DNA of 64,000 nucleotides from an uncultured Acidobacteriota bacterium (GTDB taxonomy: Bacteria; Acidobacteriota; UBA6911): the NCBI GenBank assembly GCA_963827655.1, contig CAWHCF010000052.1:64001-128000 (forward strand). Direction: 5' to 3'. How positions within the stretch are numbered: the stretch's first letter is position 1; each line of letters opens with the position of its first letter. The translations under genes and the position numbers were made by a program. A model generated the notes under the pieces. It had not been told where the DNA came from and did no database searches. It saw only the letters and a program-made list of their open reading frames with translations. Positions 11,494 to 22,073 of the stretch are shown piece by piece.

Positions 11494-11910
11494 ATGTCAA
11501 TGGCAGTTGGTGGGAAGAAGGGTCCGAAAGCGGATATCAATATCACCCCGTATATTGATATCCTCCTGGTACTCCTGATCATCTTCATGGTGATAACTCC
11601 CGTCCGCCAGATGGATCTGGACGTCAAGGTGCCCCAGCCTCCACCGCCGGGACAGGAAAATGCACCGCCCGATCCCAGCGTGATCGTGGTATCGGTGGGA
11701 GAGAGTGCCAACATCACGATCAATCAGGACCCTGTCGATATCACGGCTTTAGGTCCTAAGCTGCAGGAAATCTACAGCGCTCGAGCCAACAAGAATATGT
11801 TTATCAGCGCCAGCCCCAAGCTTCCTTATGGCGACGTCGTCAAAGTTATTGACATCGCCAAAGGCGCTGGAGTAGGCGATGTAGGCCTGATCCTCGAAGA
11901 AATCAGGTGA
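11494..11910 (+). CDS. exbD: Biopolymer transporter ExbD/TolR (second copy)
   Basis: DINITPYIDILLVLLIIFMVITP; LPYGDVVKVID. Confidence 0.92.
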   Translation: MSMAVGGKKGPKADINITPYIDILLVLLIIFMVITPVRQMDLDVKVPQPPPPGQENAPPDPSVIVVSVGESANITINQDPVDITALGPKLQEIYSARANKNMFISASPKLPYGDVVKVIDIAKGAGVGDVGLILEEIR

Positions 11911-11949
11911 TCTAAGCTCGATGTGCTTATCACAAATTCGGAGGCTTTG

Positions 11950-12744
11950 ATGAGGTTCACGCGCAAAGGTGTCGCCCTTCTGTGTCTGGCGGCGGCTGTG
12001 CCTCTCTCGGGATGCAACTTTATTACTAAGTTGAAGGCGAGGGACAGCCTGAACAAAGGTGTAAGAGCCTTTACCGAGCAAAAGTATGAGCAGGCGGCAG
12101 AGTTTTTCAACGAATCGATAAAGCTGGATCCTGACTTTCAGGTTGCGCGGATGTACCTGGCGACGACCTACACTTCACAGTTCGTGCCTGGGTCGACTGA
12201 CCCCAAGAGCAACGAGATGGCGGAGAAGGCCGTTTCGACCTTCCAGGAGGTCCTGGAGAAGGAGCCGGACAAGGGTAATCAAAACGCCAAGAATGCGATG
12301 CTGAGCATCGCCAGTCTTTTTTATCAGCTGAAGAAGTACGACGAATCGAAACAGTGGTGCCGCGAGATTCAGAAAGTGGATCCCGACAACGCGGAAGCGC
12401 TCTATCGGATCGCAGTCATCGATTTCGATCAGTCTTTGAAGAGAACCGGACTCCAGGGCGAGAACGTCGAATTCCTCAAGCAAGCAGAAAAGGACGAGAC
12501 GCTCGGGATGATTGAGGAGGGGTTGAAGGCTCTCGAGAAAGCTATCGCAATCCGACCTGATTACTTCGATGCCATGGAATACCAGAACCTGCTGTGGAGA
12601 GAGAAGGCTAAGTTCGAGAAGGATGAAAAGGCAAAGAACGAGTTGATCCGGCAGGCCGATCTGGTCGCCCAGAAGGCTCTGGCGCTCCGATTGAAGGCCC
12701 AGGAGGAAGAGGCAAAAAAACCCAAGAAACTTGCCACCAAGTAA
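11950..12744 (+). CDS. TPR-repeat lipoprotein
   Basis: Signal peptide with LSGC lipobox; TPR-like helices (AAEFFNESIKLDPDF, ALEKAIAIRPDYFDA). Confidence 0.8.
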   Translation: MRFTRKGVALLCLAAAVPLSGCNFITKLKARDSLNKGVRAFTEQKYEQAAEFFNESIKLDPDFQVARMYLATTYTSQFVPGSTDPKSNEMAEKAVSTFQEVLEKEPDKGNQNAKNAMLSIASLFYQLKKYDESKQWCREIQKVDPDNAEALYRIAVIDFDQSLKRTGLQGENVEFLKQAEKDETLGMIEEGLKALEKAIAIRPDYFDAMEYQNLLWREKAKFEKDEKAKNELIRQADLVAQKALALRLKAQEEEAKKPKKLATK

Positions 12745-12768
12745 AAGTTGCGATAGGGCTCGTTCGCG

Positions 12769-12796
12769 AAGGGGGCTTTTTAGCCCCCTTTTTTTT
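12769..12796 (+). terminator. Rho-independent terminator of the tonB-exb operon
   Basis: AAGGGGGCT-TTTT-AGCCCCCTT stem followed by a T tract. Confidence 0.88.
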
Positions 12797-12829
12797 GCCA
12801 GCCGGACGGTGATTCGGACGATCTCTTCA

Positions 12830-12990
12830 GGGTCTGATGAGGCTGGTTGCAAAAGTCGCCGGGCTATATGTGCGGACGGGCTCATCAAGCCCGTCCGGCT
12901 CCCTAGTGGCACGAGAGCCTTCTTGAGGCGTAACTCATCGCGATACGGCATGTACTTGCGACGGGTCTGATGACCCTTGCGCCACATAAG
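12830..12990. repeat. MITE/REP-like repeat, homologous to 20435-20640
   Basis: Shared GGGTCTGATGAG..GTTGCAAAA.TCGC...ATGTGCGGACGGGCT..GCCCGTCCGGC; second inverted palindrome GGGTCTGATGACCC..CCACATA. Confidence 0.65.
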
Positions 12991-13259
12991 GCTTGTCGGA
13001 AGAGTGCTCATGAGCCACCGTCCAGGCAGAGCTGAGTATCGGAGGTTACGACGGCCTCCGGAGGCCCATCCCGGGCCAATTTCGGAACCTGGTCAAGCCA
13101 GCGATCTGGCATTATCCCGCCCCCCGCCGCTGGCGCAGCACGGCAGTCATGCTGCGCGGTTGGGCCGGCGTTCACTTCACCCGAAACTAACGCATGGCCG
13201 CCGGCGTACTTTCCTCAATGCTCCCCTTTCTCTATAATGTGGCCGAGAACACACTTCCT

Positions 13260-15425
13260 ATGATTCGCTACGAGGATCTGGCGGAAAAGGTATCTCGATA
13301 CCATTCCGCAGCTGCGCTGGAGCTGATCCAGCGCGGTTATGTCGTGTCGGCGAAATTCCATAAAGGACAGGTGCGGATGAACGGCGAGCCCTACCTGACT
13401 CATCCGCTTGAAGTGGCTAACATTCTCGCCGAGCTCAGGCTTGATGCAACAACCGTCACCGCAGGTCTGCTTCATGACGTTCTCGAAGACACACTCGTCT
13501 CGCCCGAGGAGCTGAGGAAACAGTTCGGCGACGAGGTCTATCAGATTGTCGATGGCGTCACCAAGATTTCCCAGGTCCAATTCACCTCCAGACATGAAAA
13601 GCAGGCTGAGAACTTCCGCAAGATGCTTCTGGCCATGGTCGGCGATATCCGAGTCCTGTTCGTCAAGCTTGCCGATCGGTTGCACAACATGCGCACTCTT
13701 CAGTACCTTCCACCTGATCGCCGGGAACGAATTTCCCTGGAGACCCTGGAGATCTATGCTCCCCTGGCTCACAGGCTGGGTATGGCCAAGATCCGCGGGG
13801 AACTGGAAGATCTGGCCTTCAGTTTCCTGGACCCGGTGGCCTATCAGAATACGGTGGCGCTGATTGAAGCTCGGCGCGCGGTGAGCCAGACCTTCATCGA
13901 AGAAACCAAGAAGGTCATTGCCGACGAACTGGCCGAGCACAAGATTCCGGCACGGCTCGAGAGTCGTATCAAGCGGATCTATGGCGTTCACCAAAAAATG
14001 CGGCGTCAGAAAATCAGCATCGACGAAGTCTTCGATTTCATTGCCATCCGAGTGATCACGGATACGGTAAAGAATTGCTACACGACGTTGGGAATTCTGC
14101 ACAATCTCTGGAAACCGGTTCCCGGCCGCATCAAAGATTACATCGCCATCCCGCGGCCGAATCTCTACCAGTCGCTGCACACGTCGGTGATTGGCAAGAA
14201 TGGACAGCCGTTTGAGATCCAGATCCGAACCCAGGATATGCACCGGATCGCGGAGGAGGGAATCGCGGCTCACTGGAAATACAAGGAAGGGAAGTCCGGC
14301 GTCGCCGATGATGAAGAACAATTTCGCTGGTTACGCCAACTCATCGATTCGCACCGTGAGATCAGCGACCCGCGCGAGTTTCTCAGCAGCCTGAAGGTCG
14401 ATCTTTATCCCGAAGAAGTCTACTGTTTCACGCCGATGGGAGAAGTAATCACGCTGCCTCGCGATGCGACGCCGGTCGACTTTGCTTACGCCATCCACAC
14501 CCAGGTAGGACATCACTGTGTTGGAGCCAAAGTTAACAATCGGATCGTCTCGCTGCGGCACAAACTGAAAAACGGCGAGATCGTCGAGGTCCTCACCTCC
14601 AAAGACGCGGGGCCATCAAGGGACTGGCTTTCGTTCGTCACGACGGCTCGCGCACGCAATCGAATCAAACACTACATCAACCAGAAGGAAAGGGAAGACG
14701 CCGCGGAGCTAGGCAAGAAACTTCTCGAGAAGGAAGCCCGCAAATTCAAGTCGACCTGGAAGAAGGTGCTGGGCAGAGAGGAACTGACGGGAGTCTTGCA
14801 GGACCACGGTATCCCGAAAGTAGAGGATGTCTACCCTGCGGTAGGTTTCGGGAGAATCGCTCCCCGCCAGATTCTGAGTCCGCTCTTTCCTGACGTTGAG
14901 CCTCCGCCGGAAAGAGGGAAAACGAAGCCTTCCGCCCTGGTATCGGCCGTGAACAAAGTTCTCGGGAGGCAGGAGTCTCCCATAACGGTGAAAGGGGAGG
15001 ATGGATTGCTGGTATACCGCGCCAAGTGCTGTAACCCGATTCGAGGCGACGAAATCGTCGGCTACATCACCCGCGGAAAAGGAATTTCAGTCCATGCGAC
15101 CAGCTGTCCCAATCTGGTCAATCTCCTCGGTTCGGAGCGCACCACTGAGGTCGAATGGATCGACGTGCCCGGCGAGGAGGTATTCACGGTGAAGCTGGCT
15201 ATTTCAGTGGAAGACCGGCAGGGGATGCTGGCCGATATTACCGCTGCGGTCGCCAACCTCAAGGCCAACATCCGTGAATCACGTTCACGGACGGGGGACG
15301 ACGGCAAGGGTTCGGTTGACCTCACCGTAGACATCAACGACACAAGACATCTGCAGAGAGTAGTTCAGGTCCTCAAAGGAATCCGTGGTATTCAGGACGT
15401 AGAAAGAGTCTCAAGACTACCCTGA
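13260..15425 (+). CDS. relA: Bifunctional (p)ppGpp synthetase/hydrolase RelA/SpoT
   Basis: GEPYLTHP, LLHDVLEDT (HD hydrolase), KLADRLHNMRT, YQSLHT, EIQIRT, TGS and ACT domains. Confidence 0.96.
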   Translation: MIRYEDLAEKVSRYHSAAALELIQRGYVVSAKFHKGQVRMNGEPYLTHPLEVANILAELRLDATTVTAGLLHDVLEDTLVSPEELRKQFGDEVYQIVDGVTKISQVQFTSRHEKQAENFRKMLLAMVGDIRVLFVKLADRLHNMRTLQYLPPDRRERISLETLEIYAPLAHRLGMAKIRGELEDLAFSFLDPVAYQNTVALIEARRAVSQTFIEETKKVIADELAEHKIPARLESRIKRIYGVHQKMRRQKISIDEVFDFIAIRVITDTVKNCYTTLGILHNLWKPVPGRIKDYIAIPRPNLYQSLHTSVIGKNGQPFEIQIRTQDMHRIAEEGIAAHWKYKEGKSGVADDEEQFRWLRQLIDSHREISDPREFLSSLKVDLYPEEVYCFTPMGEVITLPRDATPVDFAYAIHTQVGHHCVGAKVNNRIVSLRHKLKNGEIVEVLTSKDAGPSRDWLSFVTTARARNRIKHYINQKEREDAAELGKKLLEKEARKFKSTWKKVLGREELTGVLQDHGIPKVEDVYPAVGFGRIAPRQILSPLFPDVEPPPERGKTKPSALVSAVNKVLGRQESPITVKGEDGLLVYRAKCCNPIRGDEIVGYITRGKGISVHATSCPNLVNLLGSERTTEVEWIDVPGEEVFTVKLAISVEDRQGMLADITAAVANLKANIRESRSRTGDDGKGSVDLTVDINDTRHLQRVVQVLKGIRGIQDVERVSRLP

Positions 15426-15488
15426 TTCGAGTCTTTTGGGGCTTCTGATTGTCCGCGTGGTAACCGTCAGGATGCAAAGAGGTCAGGC

Positions 15489-15680
15489 CTAGATGGCTTT
15501 TCGCACTTTACCGGAACGGAGGCAGCGTGTACATACACGAACCCGCTTGACCGCGCCCTTTTCCATGATCCTGACACTTTGAAGATTCGGGTTAAACTGG
15601 CGCGAGCTCACGTTGTGTGCATGGGAAATGGTGTGGCCAAACACCGGGGTTTTCGCGCATACATAACATTGTCTGGGCAT
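15489..15680 (-). CDS. rpmB: 50S ribosomal protein L28
   Basis: MPRQCYVCAK..GHTISHAHN..RQFNPNLQ..VCTRCLRSGKV. Confidence 0.95.
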   Translation of the reverse strand: MPRQCYVCAKTPVFGHTISHAHNVSSRQFNPNLQSVRIMEKGAVKRVRVCTRCLRSGKVRKAI

Positions 15681-15738
15681 TGTCGGTTCCAAGGTGAAAA
15701 AAGAGCGTGATAATACCAGTCCGACGACTGCCAGTCAA

Positions 15739-15810
15739 CCTGGTGTCTTCGAGTCTTCGTGGTTAGGGCTACGAAACAAGTACCACCAGGACACCAAGAA
15801 CACTAAGATT
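15739..15810. repeat. 8-mer-array hairpin (family A)
   Basis: GTCTTCGAGTCTTCGTGGT-TAGGGCTACGAAACAAGT-ACCACCAGGACACCAAG. Confidence 0.8.
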
Positions 15811-15820
15811 CAAGGTCTTC

Positions 15821-17236
15821 TTGATTGACCGACGAAGCTCTATTCCGGCACGAAAGGTGAACTATCGACTGCCCTTGCGCATCGCTCATGCTTCGAGTGT
15901 CTGGATCCTCCGCTTCCTCAAATCGACCGACCTCCTGATTCTGAGTTTTGCCGGGGCGATTCTGGCGGGCTCAATCATCTTGATGCTGCCCCAGAGCACG
16001 ACCGGAGGCAGTCTCGCGTTCATTGACGCTCTCTTCACCGCGACGTCCGCTGTCTGCGTCACCGGGCTAACCGTGGTCGACACCGGAACGACTTTCACCC
16101 GGACTGGGCAGATCGCCATCTTGAGCCTGATCCAGCTGGGCGGCATGGGCATCATGATGTTTTCGGTCGTGCTGCTGCTGCTCTCGAGACATCGCATATC
16201 AATCAGGGATAAACTTACTATCCAAGATACTTTATCTCCATATAGCTCAGGTCAAATATCCAATCTGGTAAAGCAGATTTTCTTGACTACCGTGGCGATG
16301 GAGTCGATTGGAGCCGTACTTCTCTGGGTATGCAGCGCGGACCGGAATTGGTTCGCTTCGGTTTTTCACGCCATCTCGGCTTTCTGCAATGCAGGATTCG
16401 GGCTGCAACCCTCCGGTTTCATGGATCCCCGGAACAACCTGGGCATCAATTTGACGCTTTGCATGCTGATGGTGCTGGGAGGGTTGGGCTTTTTCACCTG
16501 CGCCGAACTGGCCCGGCTGCTGAGGCCGAAGGTCCGTGAGCGTCTCAGCTTGCACACGCGCCTGGTTTTGGTCGTGACTCTTGCCCTCCTTTTCGGAGGC
16601 GCTCTCTGTTTCTATGCTTTTGAGAGCAGGAACGCACTCGCTTCTGAAGGTGTCCGCCGTGGTCTTCTGCTGTCGTTCTTCCAATCGATTACGGCTCGAA
16701 CGACCGGCTTCAGCGCCGTCGATCTGCGCACGTTGACGAATGCAACCCTTTTTCTGATGATACTCCTGATGTTCGTAGGAGCCTCGCCAGGATCAACGGG
16801 CGGCGGTATCAAGACCTCAACCCTGGGCGTTTTGATCGCGATGGCTCGGAGCAGGTTGCGGGGTGAAGTTAACGTGAGTCTTTTTCGCCGGACTATCCCT
16901 GACAGCACCGTCTCCAAGTCGCTGTCGGTTCTGGTGCTCGCATTTACCATCGTTACCTTCGCGGTGCTGGCTCTGGCCTTGGTGGAACTGGGGTTCGAAC
17001 CTTACACGCAAAGTTCAAGGCAGTTCATCGAAGTGTTCTTCGAAGTGGTTTCGGCCTTCGCCAGCTGCGGCCTGAGCACCGGCATAACCCCGCATCTCAG
17101 CCGTCTTGGAAAGTTGATTCTGATTTTGGTAATGTTTGTCGGACGAGTCGGGACCTTGACCGTTGCCACGGCCGCGGGGCGCGGCCTGGGTCGAGTAAAA
17201 TACCGGTACGCCGAAGAAAACGTCATGATAGGATGA
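15821..17236 (+). CDS. Trk/Ktr potassium uptake membrane subunit (TrkH/KtrB); start uncertain
   Basis: ALFTATSAVCVTGL, SAFCNAGF, GASPGSTGGGIKT, SAFASCGLSTG selectivity motifs. Confidence 0.92.
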   Translation: MIDRRSSIPARKVNYRLPLRIAHASSVWILRFLKSTDLLILSFAGAILAGSIILMLPQSTTGGSLAFIDALFTATSAVCVTGLTVVDTGTTFTRTGQIAILSLIQLGGMGIMMFSVVLLLLSRHRISIRDKLTIQDTLSPYSSGQISNLVKQIFLTTVAMESIGAVLLWVCSADRNWFASVFHAISAFCNAGFGLQPSGFMDPRNNLGINLTLCMLMVLGGLGFFTCAELARLLRPKVRERLSLHTRLVLVVTLALLFGGALCFYAFESRNALASEGVRRGLLLSFFQSITARTTGFSAVDLRTLTNATLFLMILLMFVGASPGSTGGGIKTSTLGVLIAMARSRLRGEVNVSLFRRTIPDSTVSKSLSVLVLAFTIVTFAVLALALVELGFEPYTQSSRQFIEVFFEVVSAFASCGLSTGITPHLSRLGKLILILVMFVGRVGTLTVATAAGRGLGRVKYRYAEENVMIG

Positions 17237-17262
17237 CCTGGTTCAGGAGCAGGAAGGACAAA

Positions 17263-17925
17263 ATGCGAAGATTCGCAGTGATCGGCGCGGGGACTTTCGG
17301 CTCTGCGGTAGCTGAGACGCTCTCCGAGGGACGCAATGTCGTGATCGTCATTGACACTGCGCCGGAAAAAGTCCAGGCGCTCCAGGGATTCGCGTCGCAG
17401 GCGGTCCAGGCCGACGCAACCGATCTGGAGACGCTAACCGCCCTCGGCGTGAACGAGGTCGACTGTGCCATTGTCAGCCTGGGCGAAAAAATCGACCTGA
17501 GTATTCTGGTCACCCTTCACCTCAAGGAGATGGGAGTGCCTGAAATCGTGGTCAAGGCGACAACTCCCGAGCATGGCAAGATACTCCGACTCATCGGAGC
17601 AACCGAGGTTGTTTTTCCAGAGAAACAGATGGCCCAACGCGTAGCCCGTCGATTGAGCGCTCCCCACGTATACGATCAGATTCCCCTTGCTGAAGATCTC
17701 TCGGCCCTGGAAGTCATCGCGCCCCCCAAGTTGGTAGGAAAGACGTTGAAAGATCTTCGGCTGCGCGATCAATACCACGTAAATCTGATCGCGGTCCGGG
17801 AACCCAACGGAAAGGGAGAGATGCGCACCATTATCCCTAAAGCGGAATTTCAGATCCGGCCCGGCCACATTCTTGTGGTCGTGGGTATGGACTCTGATAT
17901 CGAGCACTTCAAGAGTATCAAGTAG
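17263..17925 (+). CDS. Trk/Ktr potassium uptake regulatory subunit (TrkA/KtrA)
   Basis: FAVIGAGTFG RCK_N Rossmann fold plus RCK_C domain (VGKTLKDLRLR). Confidence 0.92.
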   Translation: MRRFAVIGAGTFGSAVAETLSEGRNVVIVIDTAPEKVQALQGFASQAVQADATDLETLTALGVNEVDCAIVSLGEKIDLSILVTLHLKEMGVPEIVVKATTPEHGKILRLIGATEVVFPEKQMAQRVARRLSAPHVYDQIPLAEDLSALEVIAPPKLVGKTLKDLRLRDQYHVNLIAVREPNGKGEMRTIIPKAEFQIRPGHILVVVGMDSDIEHFKSIK

Positions 17926-18001
17926 GCTCCTCCGATTGCCGATTCGCTTTAATGAAACCTCAGTGACAACCTCGTTCAATCCGTCATTGATCTGAGGATT
18001 T

Positions 18002-19168
18002 ATGCCGCAGCCGGTCATAATAAGCGCCTGTCGCACACCGATCGGAAGCTTCATGGGCGCGCTGGCGTCGTGTAAGGCCACGGAGCTCGGAAGCCTGGTC
18101 GTGAGGGAAACCATTCGACGGGCGGGCGTGAATCCGGCTCAGGTCGACGAGGTGATTCTGGGAAACGTCATCAGCGCAGGTCTCGGGCAGAATCCGGCCC
18201 GGCAAGCAGCCCTCCGTGCCGGCATTCCTTCTTCCGTTGGCGCGCTGACCATCAATAAGGTATGCGGATCCGGTCTTAAGGCTGTCATGCTGGCCGCCCA
18301 GTCGATCCGGCTGGGGGAAACCGACGTCTGCATCGCCGGCGGCATGGAGAGTATGTCTAACGCCCCGTATCTGCTTTTTCAGATGCGCGGCGGCGCGCGG
18401 ATGGGAGACTCGCCGGCCGTGGACTCTCTGATTCATGACGGGCTGTGGTGCGCGCTTGAGAACTGTCATATGGGCGGCACGGCCGAATGGGTGGCCGAAA
18501 AGTATGGCATTACCAGAGAGCAGCAGGACGAGTACGCTTTCCATAGTCACATGAAAGCCGTCGCCGCGACCGCGAGCTGCCAGTTCAGGCGCGAGATCGT
18601 TCCCGTGACAACAGGAACAGAGGAGTTTGCGAAAGACGAACGCCCTCGCCCCGAAACCTCGATCGAGGCGCTCGCCCGGCTCAAGCCGGCGTTTAAAAAG
18701 AACGGGACTGTGACCGCGGGAAATGCTCCCGGCGTGAATGACGGGGCAGCGGCGGTCCTGGTTACTTCGGAGGAAAAGGCCGCCAGCCTCGGCCTTAGAG
18801 TCATGGCCCGAATAGCAGGTCAAACATTCAGCGGCGTTGACCCTTCAATGGTGATGATGGCTCCCGTTCCAGCCTTTCGCAAGCTCTTGAGGACTACCGG
18901 GTGGACCGTTGACGACATTGATCGCATTGAGTTGAATGAGGCTTTCGCCGTACAAGCCCTGGCGGTGACGCGCGATCTCGGCCTCGATCCCGCGCGCGTC
19001 AACGTGCGCGGAGGCGCCGTCGCACTGGGGCATCCGATAGGCGCGAGCGGCGCCAGGATCCTGGTGACGCTCCTTCATGCCCTCGAGGATTCGGGTGGGA
19101 ATCGCGGGGTGGCCATGCTGTGCATGGGAGGAGGCAATGGGCTGGCCCTGGCCGTGGAGCTCGTGTAG
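18002..19168 (+). CDS. Acetyl-CoA C-acetyltransferase (thiolase)
   Basis: [38 protein letters not shown]. Confidence 0.95.
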   Translation: MPQPVIISACRTPIGSFMGALASCKATELGSLVVRETIRRAGVNPAQVDEVILGNVISAGLGQNPARQAALRAGIPSSVGALTINKVCGSGLKAVMLAAQSIRLGETDVCIAGGMESMSNAPYLLFQMRGGARMGDSPAVDSLIHDGLWCALENCHMGGTAEWVAEKYGITREQQDEYAFHSHMKAVAATASCQFRREIVPVTTGTEEFAKDERPRPETSIEALARLKPAFKKNGTVTAGNAPGVNDGAAAVLVTSEEKAASLGLRVMARIAGQTFSGVDPSMVMMAPVPAFRKLLRTTGWTVDDIDRIELNEAFAVQALAVTRDLGLDPARVNVRGGAVALGHPIGASGARILVTLLHALEDSGGNRGVAMLCMGGGNGLALAVELV

Positions 19169-19269
19169 ATTTTGTGGCTCAATCCTTTGTTTCCTGGTTA
19201 GATCATAGGAGCGTTTTCTTGGGCGCTTAGCGAAACGTTCAAACCATGTTGTCGTTCACATGGGGCCTT

Positions 19270-19297
19270 TCGTTCGGGGCGAGGTCCCCGAACGAAC
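19270..19297. other. perfect 11-bp inverted repeat upstream of recA
   Basis: TTCGTTCGGGG-CGAGGT-CCCCGAACGAA. Confidence 0.6.
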
Positions 19298-19363
19298 CTT
19301 AGCGTCTTCGCGTCCGTAAGAGCGAGGAGAGGTATCATTCAAGTCGCGCAGAAGGGACAAAAG

Positions 19364-20407
19364 ATGGCAGAGGATAGAAATAGCAAAAACAGGGCGATCG
19401 AAATGGCCTTGACCCAGATTGAAAAGCAGTTCGGGAAGGGATCTATCATGCGGCTGGGTGACCGCGGCGACACGACCGGAGTCCAGTCCATTTCGACCGG
19501 TTCGATTTCCTTCGACGCGGCGCTGGGAGTTGGGGGCTTTCCGAAAGGAAGGGTGGTCGAGATTTACGGGCCCGAATCGAGCGGGAAAACAACCATCGCT
19601 CTGCACGCCATAGCGCAGGCACAGAAAAACGGCGGGTCCGCGGCCTTCATTGATGCCGAGCACGCAATGGACGCTGCTTACGCAAGAATGCTCGGAGTCA
19701 ATACCGACGACCTTCTCGTGTCGCAGCCCGACAGCGGTGAGCAGGCCCTCGAAATTGCCGAGGTTCTGGTTCGCAGCGGTGCCATCGATATCCTGGTGGT
19801 GGATTCCGTAGCCGCGCTGGTTCCAAAGGCGGAGCTTGAAGGCGAGATGGGTGACTCCCTTCCCGGGCTTCAGGCCAGGCTGATGTCCCAGGCCCTGCGC
19901 AAACTCACGGCAATCGTCTCGAAATCAAACACTTGTCTGGTTTTCATCAATCAGATTCGTGAAAAGATTGGCGTGATGTTTGGTAATCCGGAGACCACGA
20001 CCGGTGGGCGCGCGCTGAAGTTTTACGCCTCGGTCAGGGTGGATATCCGCCGTATCGGGGCGATCAAAGAAGGGGATGTCGTAGTCGGCAGCCGAACCAG
20101 GGTAAAAATCGTAAAGAACAAGATGGCTCCCCCGTTTCGCGAGGCCGAATTCGATCTCATTTACAACCAGGGAATTTCATACGAAGGTGATCTGCTGGAC
20201 CAGGCCGTTGAGAAACGACTCCTTGAAAAGAGCGGCGCCTGGTTCGCATACAAAGGAGAGCGGCTCGGACAGGGCCGGGAAAACGCGAAACAGTTCATCC
20301 GAGAGCACCCCGATGTCGCCAAGGCCCTGGACCTCAAATTGCGCGAGCTGCTGGGACTGACCAAACCCGCTCCCGCGGTCGCTGACGTAAAGAGCAAGCT
20401 GGGTTGA
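19364..20407 (+). CDS. recA: Recombinase RecA
   Basis: [37 protein letters not shown]. Confidence 0.99.
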   Translation: MAEDRNSKNRAIEMALTQIEKQFGKGSIMRLGDRGDTTGVQSISTGSISFDAALGVGGFPKGRVVEIYGPESSGKTTIALHAIAQAQKNGGSAAFIDAEHAMDAAYARMLGVNTDDLLVSQPDSGEQALEIAEVLVRSGAIDILVVDSVAALVPKAELEGEMGDSLPGLQARLMSQALRKLTAIVSKSNTCLVFINQIREKIGVMFGNPETTTGGRALKFYASVRVDIRRIGAIKEGDVVVGSRTRVKIVKNKMAPPFREAEFDLIYNQGISYEGDLLDQAVEKRLLEKSGAWFAYKGERLGQGRENAKQFIREHPDVAKALDLKLRELLGLTKPAPAVADVKSKLG

Positions 20408-20434
20408 GGGCAAAGTCAACGTCGTTCCACGCGC

Positions 20435-20640
20435 GGGTCTGATGAGACAGTTGCAAAACTCGCTGCCGATACATGTGCGGACGGGCTAGGCCCGTCCGGC
20501 CCCCGGCGGATTACCGAACTTTTGGTTGCGGATAGCGAGTCATCAACTTCGACGCGCCACGTCAGCCGATGGCCCGTCGCCATAGGGTCTCGTAAGGAAA
20601 TCGCCAAATACGGGGAATCGAGTTTGCGCAGACGCATCAA
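20435..20640. mobile_element. MITE-like element with imperfect terminal inverted repeats
   Basis: Left TGATGAGACAGTTGCAAAACTCG versus right CGAGTTTGCGCAGACGCATCA; internal palindrome CGGACGGGC-TAG-GCCCGTCCG; homologous to the 12830 region. Confidence 0.55.
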
Positions 20641-20881
20641 GCCTGTCTGGCGCCCGAGGCCCAATGATCCTCTTTAAGGGTAAATCGTTCATCGCTATTT
20701 GAGCGCCGAAAGGTGCGCCACAGGGTGCTCCAGTCGGCCGAATCTCGGATCGCTGGTCTGGCAGATCGATGCCCACGCCACGACCCTGTTTAACAGCTCG
20801 AGCGAGCTTGGGAGAGCTAGCGGCACGTCTGAATCACAGAGCACCTTCAATCTGCAAGTCGAAGCAGGTAAAATAGCCAAG

Positions 20882-21245
20882 TCGGAGTCAGCCAGGCAAT
20901 CGCGGTCCGTTAACGCGGACCGAGGAAAGTCCGAACTCCACAGGGCAGTGTGCCTCGTAACGCGAGGGAGGGGCGACCCTACGGAAAGTGCCACAGAAAA
21001 CATACCGCCTCCACTAAACCGGAGGTAAGGGTGAAAAGGTGCGGTAAGAGCGCACCGCGCGGCTGGTAACAGGCGCGGCACGGTAAACCCCACACGGAGC
21101 AAGGTCAAATAGAAAAGCGATTGAGGGCGGCCCGTCCGACGCTTTTGGGTAGACCGCTAGAGCCCTGGAGCGATCCAGGGACGAGATGAATGATTGCCGT
21201 CTCTGCTCCGCAGAGAAACAGAATTCGGCTTACGGCTGACTCCGA
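20882..21245 (+). ncRNA. rnpB: RNase P RNA, class A
   Basis: GAGGAAAGUCC, GGAAAGUGCCACAGAAAA, GGUAAACCCC and ACAGAAUUCGGCUUA conserved regions; P1 ends TCGGAGTCAGCC/GGCTGACTCCGA. Confidence 0.97.
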
Positions 21246-21254
21246 TCTTTCCTT

Positions 21255-22073
21255 TCACGGATACGATTCCTTTAGCTTTCCGGAAACCTTCCCGAGACTC
21301 GCCTTGGCCTCGAATTGAACTGGAAGCCGGCGATGATCGGTAGTAAGCCAGATTCTGAACTCACCCCCCGCCCTGAATAAACCTCCAAGAACCGCGACGG
21401 TATTGATTCTCCAGGTCTCGTAACTACCCTTCGGGGTCTCGATGACCTCCTTGGTCTCGACCCGAGCCACGACCTCTTTGACACGGTCATTATCCCCCAC
21501 CAGCGAACGATGGCTGATCCCGGCGCCGAGTTCTCGACGGCGCACTGAATAAAGGGCGGAGAAAACGTCCTGAACACACTCCGGTATGTCCTCGACCAGT
21601 TCATCGCGCCTCATCTTGGGAGGAACCGCTGCCACATCTACTTCGCGGATGTGCAAGCTCTTCTTCTCGGGATGGTAGACGACGTCAATATCGCGCTTGC
21701 GCTTTCCCTCACGCACTTTCTTGGTCACGCTGAAGGTGCAGAGCGTTTCAGCATCGGTCAGAAATTCAAAGTGATCGTCGATTTTCACTCCGGCCAGTTT
21801 AACCAGGGTACCACTCGAACGGGCATTAAAGATGATCTTGATCGCTTTCTTGTCTTTGTGGAGCGTCTCCCCGGCGACACTCAACTCCGCTTCTCCCGCA
21901 TCCATGGTTGGCAGAAAGAACAGATACCACGGAGGGCTCCACTCCACGTGATACACCAGTTTTTCTCCCACGGCGAAGGGCATTGAACCGGTCGCGGCGG
22001 GAGGCGGTTGTGATTGGGAGGCGGCGTTTCCCAGCAGCAACAGCGCCGCGACTGCGCTCCGTACAGCGGTCAT
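21255..22073 (-). CDS. DUF3108-like exported protein
   Basis: Signal peptide; PFAVGEKLVYHVEW start, E.IETPKGSY.T and IWLTTDHRRLPVQ C-terminal motifs. Confidence 0.75.
   Translation of the reverse strand: MTAVRSAVAALLLLGNAASQSQPPPAATGSMPFAVGEKLVYHVEWSPPWYLFFLPTMDAGEAELSVAGETLHKDKKAIKIIFNARSSGTLVKLAGVKIDDHFEFLTDAETLCTFSVTKKVREGKRKRDIDVVYHPEKKSLHIREVDVAAVPPKMRRDELVEDIPECVQDVFSALYSVRRRELGAGISHRSLVGDNDRVKEVVARVETKEVIETPKGSYETWRINTVAVLGGLFRAGGEFRIWLTTDHRRLPVQFEAKASLGKVSGKLKESYP

Noticed and set aside
12834-12860. CTGATGAG here and at 20439 as a hammerhead ribozyme core
   Set aside because: No stem II followed by GAAA and no matching stems I/III with a cleavage triplet; better explained as an element terminus.
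13215-14321. Long antisense ORFs (also 38530-39735, 12175-13011, 35251-36075)
   Set aside because: Shadow frames of well-conserved genes in GC-rich DNA, with no recognisable motifs.
20640-20880. Possible small gene or remnant between recA and rnpB
   Set aside because: No convincing start, RBS or motif; the listed ORFs overlap rnpB or the MITE.
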